A DNA stretch of 64,000 nucleotides from Balanoglossus misakiensis. Its lineage: Eukaryota > Animalia > Hemichordata. Location of the stretch: the NCBI GenBank assembly GCA_040954595.2, contig CM082576.2:6451129-6515128 (forward strand), read 5' to 3'. Below, in pieces: positions 1 to 12,800 of this stretch. Made by a program: the position numbers and the translations under genes. The notes under the pieces were generated by a model, which saw only the letters and a program-made list of their open reading frames with translations, did no database searches and had not been told where the DNA came from. Positions within the stretch are counted from its first letter, which is position 1; each line of letters begins with the position of its first letter.

Positions 1-3000
1 TCTTAGAATATCCCGTTTTCGTCAACCAACAACAGCCGTCCTTCGTCTCCTTTCCCTTTCATTAGACACCAATAATAACGAGCCAGGCTTTCTATTATTG
101 TCGTATCAGCGCAGCCCGATACCATTACGTAAGCGAAGTAGCTACCTGTGTAGATAATAATCAATTAGGTTAAATTTAAATACGCATTGTAATATCACCA
201 AGGTGTCAAATGACGTTTACATTTGCTGGCGAGAGGACAGATCTTTTTTTTCTGTATTGCGCGCGCATGACATTTCGCAGCCTGCGCGAAAGACGCCAGG
301 GCGGTTAAAATAGTCACCATTCAGTCCTTGGATTGTGACGATCCGTAGGTAGATACAATTTCCGGCTTATCAGACTATAGAAAAACTACTGTCTATACAT
401 GTAACCCCGTAGTAGGTATAATTTCCGTTTTAGAAGAAAACAGTCTGCTTCTTCTGTCTCATGTAACCAAACACTCGGTAATCTAAGAAAAAAAAACGTC
501 ACTGCTTTGACTTGAAAGAAGTACATGTACCACTCAACCGATGTAGTTTTATGCTCCAGGAGGAACCATTGATTTATCCGCAAATCAATAGGGGCATGGT
601 AACCCTGTATTTTCACGGATGCCTGGAGGCGTGAGGTGAACAAACCGTGACTGCTTCGTCCGGATGGCGCTCTTCCAAAAGTTGCAGATCGCCACCGGCG
701 TCCAATCCTCGGATGATAGTAAAGTTTAGTTTCTTCGTGACGTCACCACCAAGCCCTGTTCTGTGATTTTAGAACACTTGATGTTATTGGAACCAGGTGT
801 AAATATGTGTAAAACGCAAATCTGAGCGTTCACGATATCAGTTGTCACGACGATTTGAGGCCAAGTGATAGTCGAAGTATTGTAGGGGGGGGGGGGGTTG
901 ATGTGAAGCAAAATGTTAACGAGTTATGAAACGCATGTCACCATGAACGCAATATTACAGACCCAAAGGTTTTCGCCACACCTATGAAAGGGCACCTACA
1001 TTAAACAACATAAAATGAAGTATATTAAAACATGATTCTAACAGGCACAAAATTATGCCATGTTGTGGCGTTGTGTTACCGTGCTTACAATACTCTACTT
1101 TCCTGTTAACGCTAAATATGCAAAACAGCCAATTAAGCTTTGGAAAATGGTAAATTTCAGCAATTTGGCCAAAACACCATTGTCGACACTTTTCCGACAC
1201 AGGAGGCCTTACAAATATCAGTCCGCTATAGTGAGAAAATGTCATTTCACTCAATACAGATGAAGACATCCGCAAAACAGCATGATGCACCAGCGTTAGC
1301 CTCTACTGCTCGGAGCGCCACCTACGACATTTTCGCAGTCATGTCATCAACCGCAGCTCAGCAACTTGAACTGTGATGTGAGGCCGATGATACAGTCTGT
1401 TATGTAGTCAATGCACGGCTTTGACATGCTTAGATATTCCCAATAAAAGATAAAACACACACTTGTAGCCCACAGCAACACGGGACTGTTATTTAATATC
1501 GTCGCTTCGGAGACAAATACAACCGCCCAGAATTCGAATGTTGTTATTCTTCTATTACAAGATATTAATTGAGGATGGCGCCGAAGGGAGTTTAGCCCAT
1601 TACCGTCACCTACCATGCAAGCAACGTGCATACTATGACAATTGGCGCTCCCAGTACCTCTTGTAAACCGCCGCCATGGTTCAAAACAGTCACGTCCCAT
1701 GCATGAAGCAATCGCGAGGACGGATGCCTTGTCTCACCCCCAGGCGATATTTCATAGATAGTAGAATTTTAAAATGTGTCAACACGCGGTTGTTGATTCC
1801 TTCGGACATTTATTTTACGAACAAGTGACCTTTGCTTGTACTCGCATATGTTATGTCCGCTATTTATCACACTCGCGTGAGGTGAATGTATATACGTGTG
1901 GTTTGTGCGAAAACAGAGACCTGAGGTCAAATGCACGTCGCCATGGTATTTTATTATAACACAGAAAATATACATGACAAAATTTAGCAAACACTGTACC
2001 GACGACGAGTAAAAATACTAGGGACAAGACCACGGACTTCTCCGTTTTCTGAGTGGACAAAGTGTCAAATACAAAATATTCATCGAGGTAAAATACACCA
2101 AGAAAGAAAATCACAAACGTCCGTGGGTCGATACAAGACAAGTTGATGATTAGAAAGGCTCTGCTGGTGACGTAAAAGCACTATGGGAAATGTTACGATA
2201 TATGGAAGCTCTTGTCGAGCCTTTCATTAAAATTTGATCCGAGCAACATCGATATGACCACGGGATAATTACTGAAATGCCGGAGACTCCAGAGTACGAG
2301 ACACTCGTCAGTGTCGACTGACATCGATCTCGGGGCAATGTCGGTCGAATGCTATACACATCGTGTCTTGGATGCACTGAGACATGCCTGTCCATCCAGT
2401 TGCATGTTAACATTCAATTCGCCAACAGCATCAGCAGCAGCGACAACAGCAATAATATAATATTTAACAACAGTAATAATTTGGTTGTTGTAGAACTCAA
2501 AGTTTACAGCAACGAAAAAATGTTAAATATCACTTTCGATACTTTGACTCAAACAATGAGTCGAAGATTGGCAGACTTGACGAGTTTCTGCCTCCGCACT
2601 TTGCCTGCTTTACACTTTGAATTAAGACTCACATATACTTTTTTTCAGTTGTACATTTCGGACCAAGACTAATAAGAATATTACAGTTTTACTTTTTTTC
2701 ATAAACAAATCATATTAACAAACAAGCTAACGATCACCGGGTAGAAATACCGTCAGCTATAGTTCCGTGGTTAGCATCAGAACAAGATTGTTGAAAAATA
2801 CATCATTTCATACAAAAGCAATCGGTGGTTCATTTTGAATGAAGCGTGGAATTAATCAATCGTGTTCATTAGTTTGAAAATGTTCAATGAAATAATTTTA
2901 CAAACGTTTGAAATGTTACTTTTTCAACCACGGTCTCGCCATGTATAAACGTACAGAAAGTTTTCGCGTGATTCGATCAGAATTCGTGACCGTGAACTTG

Positions 3001-3096
3001 AGACCACAACCTACTTGGTGGCGGCCATATATGACTTCCAAGTCGTAAACCATTTATTTGTTAAATCTAAAGTGTATGTCAAATGGGGGGTTTTAA

Positions 3097-3416
3097 AGGC
3101 ACGTTAGCTACATTTTAATTCCATTTACTACCAGAATACTATGACACAAATTTGTTTACAGGGATGTACTATTTGCACTGAATCTCTACTTTTAAGAGTT
3201 CATTCGGTATGCGAAGGCCCGTCCATTTTTAAAATTAGCAACCCCATAAATTATTAGTACATTCTATTTCGGTTGCGTGATATGTATTTCGCATAATTAG
3301 CGCATGTACAATTACCCACTCAAGACACAAAACGTCATGAAACTCCCCCCAAAACACGCGTTTTAATATCGACCACATAAATAATCTAAACCGTAAAGGG
3401 TGCAGCTAGCGTGCCT
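3097..3416. mobile_element. Non-autonomous DNA transposon (MITE), Kolobok-like
   Basis: 16-bp TIRs AGGCACGTTAGCTACA / TGCAGCTAGCGTGCCT (2 mismatches), flanked by TTAA at 3093-3096 and 3417-3420; no coding capacity. Confidence 0.75.
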
Positions 3417-4987
3417 TTAATGTTATGAATGCATTTTTATCACATGAGAGATTTGTTTTCCACGACCCAGTCACTCGACTGAGATGACGCGTGATTGTAC
3501 AAACCAAAAATACCCACCGGCCTATCTTAATCGACTGCATTATCACATTCTTCAGTCAGAAGAGTCGCCTAACCTTTTACAAGTCTTGTAAAAATATTAA
3601 TACAGCATTAATCTCTTAATGTCCGTCCACTCAACTGTAATATGACTATGACTATGATCGTGGAGTACATATTTCCCCGCACGAAAGTGATTTTTCCCCC
3701 TTAAAATTTGACTACTTCGGTTTAATGGATTGCGTGGACGTCCACACTCTGAAGTAGGTTGTATGAATATTTTATGGTCACACAGCCATTACGGACTTTG
3801 AAAAATTCCAGAATTAGAACTGCTTGTGTACTCCTCACAGACAGTAGACTGGCTGTGGTGTACTATAGTCACCAGAGTAATATCGCATACGCTCTGACGC
3901 CTGTCAATATTACACCATTCCATTTGAGAAAAACAACAACAAACCAAACACACTACAAACGCAAAGTCGGAAGATCTCGGTATGTCGCGACATCGCACGG
4001 AATCACGTTCAACATCATCACACGTTGATTGGGGGCGTCTTAACGTTGAAGTGATTGTTGCCTTTTAATGTTACAAGGCGTGTGAAATCGTCTGCGAAAT
4101 GGTCATGTAGTCACCACACCAGACAGGCAAAGTAGCATCGGAGATTATTCTGTCTCTCTGCTTGATTTCTTCGAACTTTGACCCAGCCAGAGATGTAGCA
4201 TCAGCTTTAGCGGCGAGAAATCGGCAGACTGGTTCTCTGACGATTCAGAGTTTGCACTAGTGCATGCCGGACGAAGATACCGTGTCTCTCGCAGAAGTTT
4301 GAAACGGCATTCTGTAGAATTTGCTGTGAACTAATTCAATCGAACGCTGTTCATCTACATTTTCTTGCTTTCTCTCGGTATCACCGCATATTTAATCTTG
4401 CGGTCCACCGAAGCATCTTTGATCATATTGATGTGTTCGTTAGTCAGGCAATTCTTCGCCACAAGAACTACGTACAACTCAGATTCGATTGTTCTTCTGT
4501 GACTGTCCCCGCCAACATCATTGAACGCCGTATTGTGAAGCTGAAATTCTCGAAAAGTATATATAGTTTGCATTCACAGCACAGGAAAAAAGAAACATTT
4601 AGACTTTACTCCACCGATAAGCCAACCATACAGTGATTCCACTTTGCACGATCTAATACGGTGATATAGTTGTCCTCTTGTCGGAATACGTAGCTGGGGG
4701 AAAGGAAATAATCGAAACTACGTGACTGACTGAGCCAAAATCCACATTCTATCACGGCGAATCAAATAAATCGTCCTCCGCTCATCACCTCCGACGAGAA
4801 TGTCTGATTCGTTGCCTTGGAAACAATAACGTAAATACGACTAGACTGGGCATACGGCATAGAGCGAGAGAATTCCCAAACTATCACCAGCGTCTCCAAT
4901 CATGCGTGAAATTAATGACCAGGATGATTACTGTTTCCAAGTTGAACGTCCCACTGTAGCCGCTGAGGGACTGGAGCCGCATCTCTA

Positions 4988-5070
4988 TCATTCAGCGGAC
5001 TGACTTGCTCCTTTGGAGTCGGTTCGCTGACGTCGTTTCTTCTGCAACTGGCGGGCCCTCTTGTATTCGG
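4988..5070 (-). CDS. STUM: stum coding exon 3 (basic C-terminal tail, stop TGA)
   Basis: Pyrimidine-rich acceptor ttctcttcaatttccag|CC. Frame is compatible with exon 2 and gives AEYKRARQLQKKRRQRTDSKGASQSAE*. Confidence 0.75.
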
Positions 5071-8000
5071 CTGGAAATTGAAGAGAACAGGAAACACAAC
5101 TGGTGAAAATGAGTACGTTGGGGGACACCAGAAAATTGTGGTGCAGTGTGGTGTTGGTGGTGTGGTGTGGTACATTCTGACCCATAAGCAGGGGTATATA
5201 TCCCGCTGTTTGCTTCAACAAATGGGGACAAACCGCGAATTACCATCGAATGGCGTCCCCCACACCCATGCACAAAAAAAACGTTTGTGTCCGCCCCACC
5301 CCGTACAAAACATCTCCCTGAAAAAAAGCAAAGGTCTTTGAGAATTAAGCCAGACAACATGCTATCCGGGGTCTCCGTAAATCGAGAAATCCGATCACGA
5401 CAAACCACTGTCACATAAGCCAGTGCATTTATATTAGGTTTAAAGTGATTTCATGGGGTCCCCACAGATTGGAATCGTAGCGACAGATTCATTATCACAG
5501 AGAATGCATTCAGCTCAGCGCGGTACATCATTTACATCGGGACTCTGCAGTGTTTTACTCAAATCCCACATGGTTTGCTCTCTCAATTGCAACTCATATC
5601 TCTTTTCAGAGCGGGTAGAAAACATTTTACATCGGTCTTATTCTGACACCGTCGCGCACAACCATCATTTGAAACTAATTTGGCGACGCATACATCACTG
5701 CTAGTACCTCAAATGTCCGGAGCATCATGCACATGTTGCGTCGGATTTATACAAGTTGTCCCTCCCGCCTTAATTCCTCCGGGCTCTGATTGAGACCCAA
5801 TCGCACCGACTTATGTGCATTTCCATTGCATTTTATTTTCATTTCACGTTTCAGAAGTCAGTTTTCTAAGTGAAGGAAGACATTTCTAATAGACCACTTT
5901 CTGCCGGAACTCCACGAGACCCGGCCTGCGAGATCTTACGTGACTTTGGAGGTTATATCGAAAGACATTCACATCTGGCACAGGACAAACAACGCATGGC
6001 CCATATCGTGTTAAAACTGCACAAAAGTGAAAATTTTCGTTAAACTCTGCGCCTATATATAGTTTCTTATATAAAGATTAACTAGTATTACTTGGCTAGC
6101 AACCCGTTGCTGAGGTAATTAACCAAGTCTCGCGAGATCTCTCAACGAGCGGAAATTCGTCTATTTGGATAATACTCCCCTTGCGTATAATGCCCAACGT
6201 CTGACCCTTCGATCTTTGTAACTGTGATGTGAGTGCGCATTCGGCGAGTGCGCATACGATGTCGTTAGGAGTGAATCATTCGATATCCCAGACCCGGGGG
6301 AAATGCAAGGTTTCAACAGGAAATGCAAAATAGCCACAGATGACACACAGAAAGCAAATACAGCCGTAACTGACAAGTATAGGTAGAGATGTAAGCTATA
6401 ACATATTATGAGACCATGAAAATTATAAACCCCACAAATTAAAAAAATAGTCATACTAACACTGTCAATTTTATAGACTATTAAAGCTGGCACCACTCAG
6501 TTGCTGCATAGCGCAGTATACATGTATTTGTCCAAAAGTTCAGTTCTTTCTATTAACACATTTTTCCAATCAGAAGTCTTAGCTTTGCCGTTGTTTCATG
6601 AAAAGGGTATTCTGACACCCCCCCCCCCACCCTATACGTCCTTTCTGCTAGCAGACTATCAGTTTCAGGATATTTATCATCCAAAGAAGCGTCATCTTTT
6701 GACATTATTCATTCGATTCCAATGTTTAATTGACAAGTAGTAGCCTATTACTTTTGTGACGACCTGCCATTAATGTTATACATAACACGGCACGTGCAAG
6801 ACTAAATATAAAAGGAACGAAAATAGCCAGACGGGGTCAGATAGGTCATGGCGGTGATATCCCTGGAACTTGACGATGTTGGCAGATGCAGGCGCCTAGC
6901 ATGTTTGTGACGTGCGCTGCTAACATTGCAAGGATGTGTACTATTTAATTAACAACGCCTATCTCCAATACAAAAACGACAATATCAGTGGGGGAGTATT
7001 TATTTCGATTTTGTCAATATTTTGGGCGGCAACCTAGTTTTTCTCCATTAGGTAGTTAAAATAACTTCACCAAGCGATGCACATTTAAACCAAAATTTTC
7101 ACTATCCGGAAAAAAACGACCGTATAGAAAAGCAAATTTTATTCTTTTCTTGTCTGCGTTCTCGGTTTCCCGGCCTCTAGAGGTCTGCGTTTCGATTAAA
7201 TTTATGCAAGGTTACTCAGACCTTTCCCGTCAGCCGAGTTCGGATTTCTCTCGAGTAAACGAGCTTTGCGAACCCGACACCGCCCTGTGAAGTTTGCTTT
7301 ATTTGGACCGACATGTAAAAAAACAACCAGTGCCAATGACATTTCTTCTCTCCCGTCGAGAATGGAAAAAGGTGAACGCACGTGTGATTCACGAATGTCA
7401 ACTTGGAAATTGCCCATTTTGCCGTTATAGGTTGACACAAAACATGGTTGCCCCAAGGGTCCAAAATTCTCCTCCTTTTAAACTGCTGATTCAGAAAAAC
7501 AAAACTACTCCGGGAAACTACATGACTACAGGTGTAGAAAGGAAAACAGCAGAAACCAATAAAATTGAGTACATCTTGACTAAGGTCAAAGTTGTCCGGC
7601 AAGTCGAAATTTGACAAGACCGAAAGATTTTTTTTACTGAACCCAGAGAGGCAGGTGACAGCGATAGAAGTCGATTACAAACAAAGTTAGCGATCCCAGG
7701 GACATTTAACATTATTATTATCAGACAAAATTGACAAAATCACTGTGAAACTGAAGATACCGTTACGACATGAACAAATTAACATCCACGGACTCGACAA
7801 AAAATTGCAGCGACGCACCTACACATGAACCGAACACGAAAGCAATGCAGCGTGAACGTTTATCAGGTTCTGAGTAATTTTACGATCGGCCTGTTTGTCT
7901 GATTGCCATACGGTTACATGCAAATCGTACTTTCTCGGGGGTAATGAATAACGCGGGATCACATATTCCCGCGGTTACCGCGGTTTTTTAGGAACTCCGC

Positions 8001-9823
8001 AATATGTCAACTGGTGAAAACATTGTCGTAAATTGGTCACCTTATACCTGTGGCGGTTCATTTGACCGATCACAAAGAGTGGGTGCAAAATAAAATATCA
8101 GGGTGCTCCCTACAGCGATTTTAATGACTGCTGTTTCTGAGATGACGAATATGGGGAAGAGCTCACGAAGCGTATACTTTCGAGATTCGGTTCATGCGAA
8201 TGATTCCCAGTGTTTGGTGTCTTTGAGTGGCTGTTGAACCATGCACCCCTAATAACCGTGAAATCACTTCGTAATCTCGTTATGGAAATAAACTGTCTCT
8301 CTCGTACCAGCCGTTCCGCCGTAAGGCCGGCTGAACACTCGGCAAAACCGCAGCAGACGATCGCGGGCGGCGGGGTCATCGCGGCGCGGGAAAGCCTCCC
8401 CCCTGACAGGCCAACGCAGTTGCCTTCAGAACTGTCGTGATTCTGACCATGTACACAATAAAACAGACCGACTAGAATGACACGTTGCGATCTCTTCACC
8501 GTAACTCATTCGTCGGCATGGTAACCCTTGCAGTCCCGTTAAAATTAACGGTTGTAAATAACACGTGACCATGCACAGAGTCTTTGCAATGATTGTGGCA
8601 CAGTCGCGCATGCATCAGTGTCTCATCGTGTGGACGTAAATATCCCCGACATCCATAAATAAGCGCCAAGTTCGAGACAGAATTTAATTTGAACGGCATT
8701 AATAACGGTTGTCAGATAACCCCCGAGGACACAGATAAGTCAATTTGCCCTCATAGTTCAAGAATAGATTTCCCCACTAAAATGAAATTACATCAATCAT
8801 GTTTTGATGTAAGCAATTTGTGATTACAACTGATATATAGGCTCTACATCCGTCACTGAACCTCTGCAAAATAGAATGCTCTGGCATGGACCGACTCATT
8901 GCCTTGGTAAATGAAAAATAAATAGTGAACCGATCTGTATCCCGGATAAAAGCATGCACTTCACATGAAAATTGAAAAAAAGTATCAATTTCATTATGAT
9001 TAATAGACGTGTTCTAATAGACGATGCTAATTTATCAACAAATATCTGTTGAAGAAACTGCATCTCAACGTCTCGAGAACCACATCAAATGTCTCGTTAA
9101 AGTATCGCGAGGCACGAGAGTATACATCGCGCGTGCGCATTACCGACACTTTCGCCGAGTTAACTTGGAGCACATATAACCTGTCCTGGAGATGTCGAGC
9201 AGATTCTGTAGTATACTATATAATACAGTGGCCGTTCGACATTTTCAGGTGTCCCTGTGACTTGGAGAGGTTGACTCACCGGATAGCGTGACAAAAGTCA
9301 TGCCCCAGAAAATGCTCCAAATCCAGCCCACGATGATCGGGAAGGTGACGATCTGAAGAAGGGCTGACAGAATATTCATCCAGAAATCGACGCAGGGGGC
9401 GCGGTCAGGATTTCCCGTCTTGCCGCAGCAGAATACAGTAAATGCAGATATCAAGGTACCTGTAAACGGATGCAGACAAAAATAAACGTTACTCAATATC
9501 GACAGAATCTATTTTGTGAAATTTAGCCTTTGAAATTTAAGGCCAGACAACGACTGGGGGATGAAGACTGATATGACATAATTACAGATGGTTTTCGAAT
9601 TAAACTCCAGAGGGGGTTCATTTAATATGGGCATTGATGACAACAGCCCCGAGTTATGTTTGTGAGAAAAATCATTAGAACCAAATGACGATGAGGCTGA
9701 ACAGTTTCACAAATGTAACCCAATCATGTACTATTACTATGAAGACTGCAGGGTTTCTTGTGATGAGAATTTCCTTGGTGGGAGCCAGGGACTTGGCCAC
9801 AAAGAACCGTCCGCTTTACAGTC

Positions 9824-9858
<35 letters not shown>

Positions 9859-12800
9859 GCATTTATTTATGTCGTCGTCATCATCATCATTATTAATATC
9901 CTTACAAAAACATGAAAATATTTTCGTGGGTTTTTTACTAGATGTCACAAAGTGCAAAATAACACGCGCACAACATTATCCTACGGCTAAATTTCTGACA
10001 GCATCGTCAATATTCGCTTCTTTCTAAGTATTTATTCCGTGGGTAATGTCTCCAAGGCCATTTTGGTCCAAACAATTTTTGGATGAAACAAACCGGTAAT
10101 AGGTGCTAAGAAACACGTGACGCGATTTTTTTCCAAGATGGCGGCGAGACAACATTGTTGTCACTACATGGAGTACTGAGACGGATTATCAATTTATCAT
10201 GTTTTATCATGTTATTATGCTGTATTTCTTTATTACTGACTTTAAGGCTGCAAAATGAAAATTAAAGATGACACTCCAAGAATTCCTCATTGGTTTGTTT
10301 TTGCACTTCTTTGACTGGCCCATCTTTTATTATCTGCTGCTAGATGGCAAGTACATAAAAACCGTCATCCCTTGACAATGCCCTGGTCATCATCTAACAA
10401 CAATAAAGTAGAGCGTTTGAAAGTGAACATGCATAAAGTGTCGGCATAGTGCCACAATCGACATGACCAGAGTATCAGTATCCCGCCCGATAACGAAAAG
10501 ATCACGACATTGGTTCAATTTACCTTTACAACATGAAGGATGTTGTCACCGTTTGCTAACGCGAACGATTAATTAGATTTTCCAACCCAGTTATCCAAAA
10601 TGCTCTTCCCTTTTTTCCGCCGTCCCGGAAGTCATTTTCCACTTTTTGAGTTTCGTGTTTCATCTTTTGAAGAGTGAATTCGGTCTGGGTTCGCTCTCAT
10701 TTACAAAGTGGGCGGGGTCATTCAGGGCGTTTCAGGTCGGCGGGCACTGAATAGAACACCTCGCACGCCGAGTGTTCCGAACACAACGGCACAGCTTTGG
10801 TGTCTGATTTGAGACATGCCTTGTATACCGGATTGAAAGCCACTCTACTGAGTCGTGCTTTTGATCCACATTAATTTGGACGCTTCAAGAATGTAGCAAT
10901 CAACTGTAAGGTTTCAATTCAGACTCGTTCATTTAGACTCCATACTTCACTCGGATGAGAATTCCTTTCATGTGGACGGATTCTACCTGTTCCTTGTAAA
11001 TGCAGGCGGAAGTACGTCACAATGCGAATTGGTGGGAGGGGGAATTCCAGAGGTATTACTTGCTGGCAGTTATATGTGTACGTGAAGAAAATCAGCAAGA
11101 GGGCAATTTAAAACCGAACAGGTATACATACATACGTGACTCTATATTTAAACGTCGTGAGAGAAAAAATATCACTCCCAAACTCGTCTGAACTCGAAAT
11201 TGCCATACTCTGGCAGCGGCTGTAGTGCAGAGCCCTTAGAGGGTCTATGGTTACAGGCACATGGAGAGTTCAGAACAAAGTGTGTGTTTTTTCTAGAAAT
11301 TTCATGTAATAATCCGTCTATCCATTGTCAATAGTTCGGCAAAGTATTTGAATTGATTTGCGGAACTAAAGACAGAACTCGTCGATATATTGGCATTACA
11401 AGACCTGCGTGTAACAAGTGTGACTTAGAGAAGGTTGTTTGATGTGTCCGTGGACCAACTTAGAGCGTACATTTCCATCACGTCGGCACTGCTTTCATGC
11501 TCTCTTTAAATATTTAGATACTCAGGTTCGCCAAGTGTTACGGGCGACGTAAAGAGAAATTGTAAAATTGCAAACAGGGTGTTTGCCTTGAGCGCCATCG
11601 GCACACAGAAAGGTGTCGTGTGTGTGTGTGTGTGTTTGTGGGGGGGGGGGGGTTACACGTTAGGCCGCGTCGCGTAGGATTTCAGCTGAGCTGAGAAGAG
11701 CAGTGACTGTTATTAGGGAACAAATGTTGGATGCAGCGAGGCAGAAAACAATATCGAGAATTAATAGCTTGTAATGTGTCTAATCTGCGCCCATCAAATG
11801 CAGGAGTACAAATGCACGGCGCGTTGACCCCACTTCAACGGAATAGATGGTTTTGATGAAGAGGTCCATTCCATATTGCAATGTCGCGTCAGTGATGCGG
11901 CGGCGTTTTTCGCGCCAGAATACACACACCGCTCGGTTTATTCTGGCGGGGAAAGTGCAGGTCAGGGCGATTCGGACGGTGTCTGGACGACGACAAACAA
12001 CGCAGATTCCCGACCACCGGTGGCAATGCGCTCACAGTCTGGATTTTTTCGTTACTAGACGAATCAATCTAACTTATTACAACGAAGTCAATACGTCAAT
12101 TCCGGTTACTAGTATTCCCGGGATAATAAATTGGCAAGAGAAAAGAAGACCCGACAGCCCAGAGCCGTTCACTTGAAAGCATTCATTCATTCATTCGTGA
12201 ATTAATAGTTGCCATGGAAACGGCCAGCACAGTCATTGGCCCCCATCAATGTCGAATGTGGTAAATCAGGTGTCAGTGAAAATGATTCATTGTCGCGTTG
12301 TGACCAAACGATATTTGTAGATATACAACAGATAAGTGTATTATAACGGCTCCCGGAACACGCAATTTCACCAGGAAGAAATTTTCCTACGAACCCATGC
12401 AGTCCGACTTGGTTTGCAGTCTAACGGATGTGGATGATTGAAACGATTTCGTAGCTGCCGGTTGTTGACAGGGCGCGGCGGTTGAGACGACTGTGTTTAG
12501 CTGACATTGCCAGTGGCAATGCAAGAGTGTAGAGCAATAAAACCAATGAATCAGACCAGTATTTCATTCCACAACACAGCAACGTCAAATATGCATGTTA
12601 TTTTAAGACTCGGTGTGAGCAAGTCCGTCCCCTCGCGTTGTTGAAAAGAGAGCAAAAATCTAACCATATCGTCATGGAATGGATTTTTCGACATTCTTGC
12701 AAGTACAGCCGTGGAATTTCATCAGTAATAGCGTTTGGGATGTCCTAGCCGTTTTCACAAGACTGCTACATTTGGTGGTAATAATTTCACATTTTGTTTG

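Noticed and set aside
8110-8499. GC-rich 129-aa ORF in stum intron 2 as an alternative exon
   Set aside because: No recognisable protein similarity, and the phase-compatible frame stops after five codons
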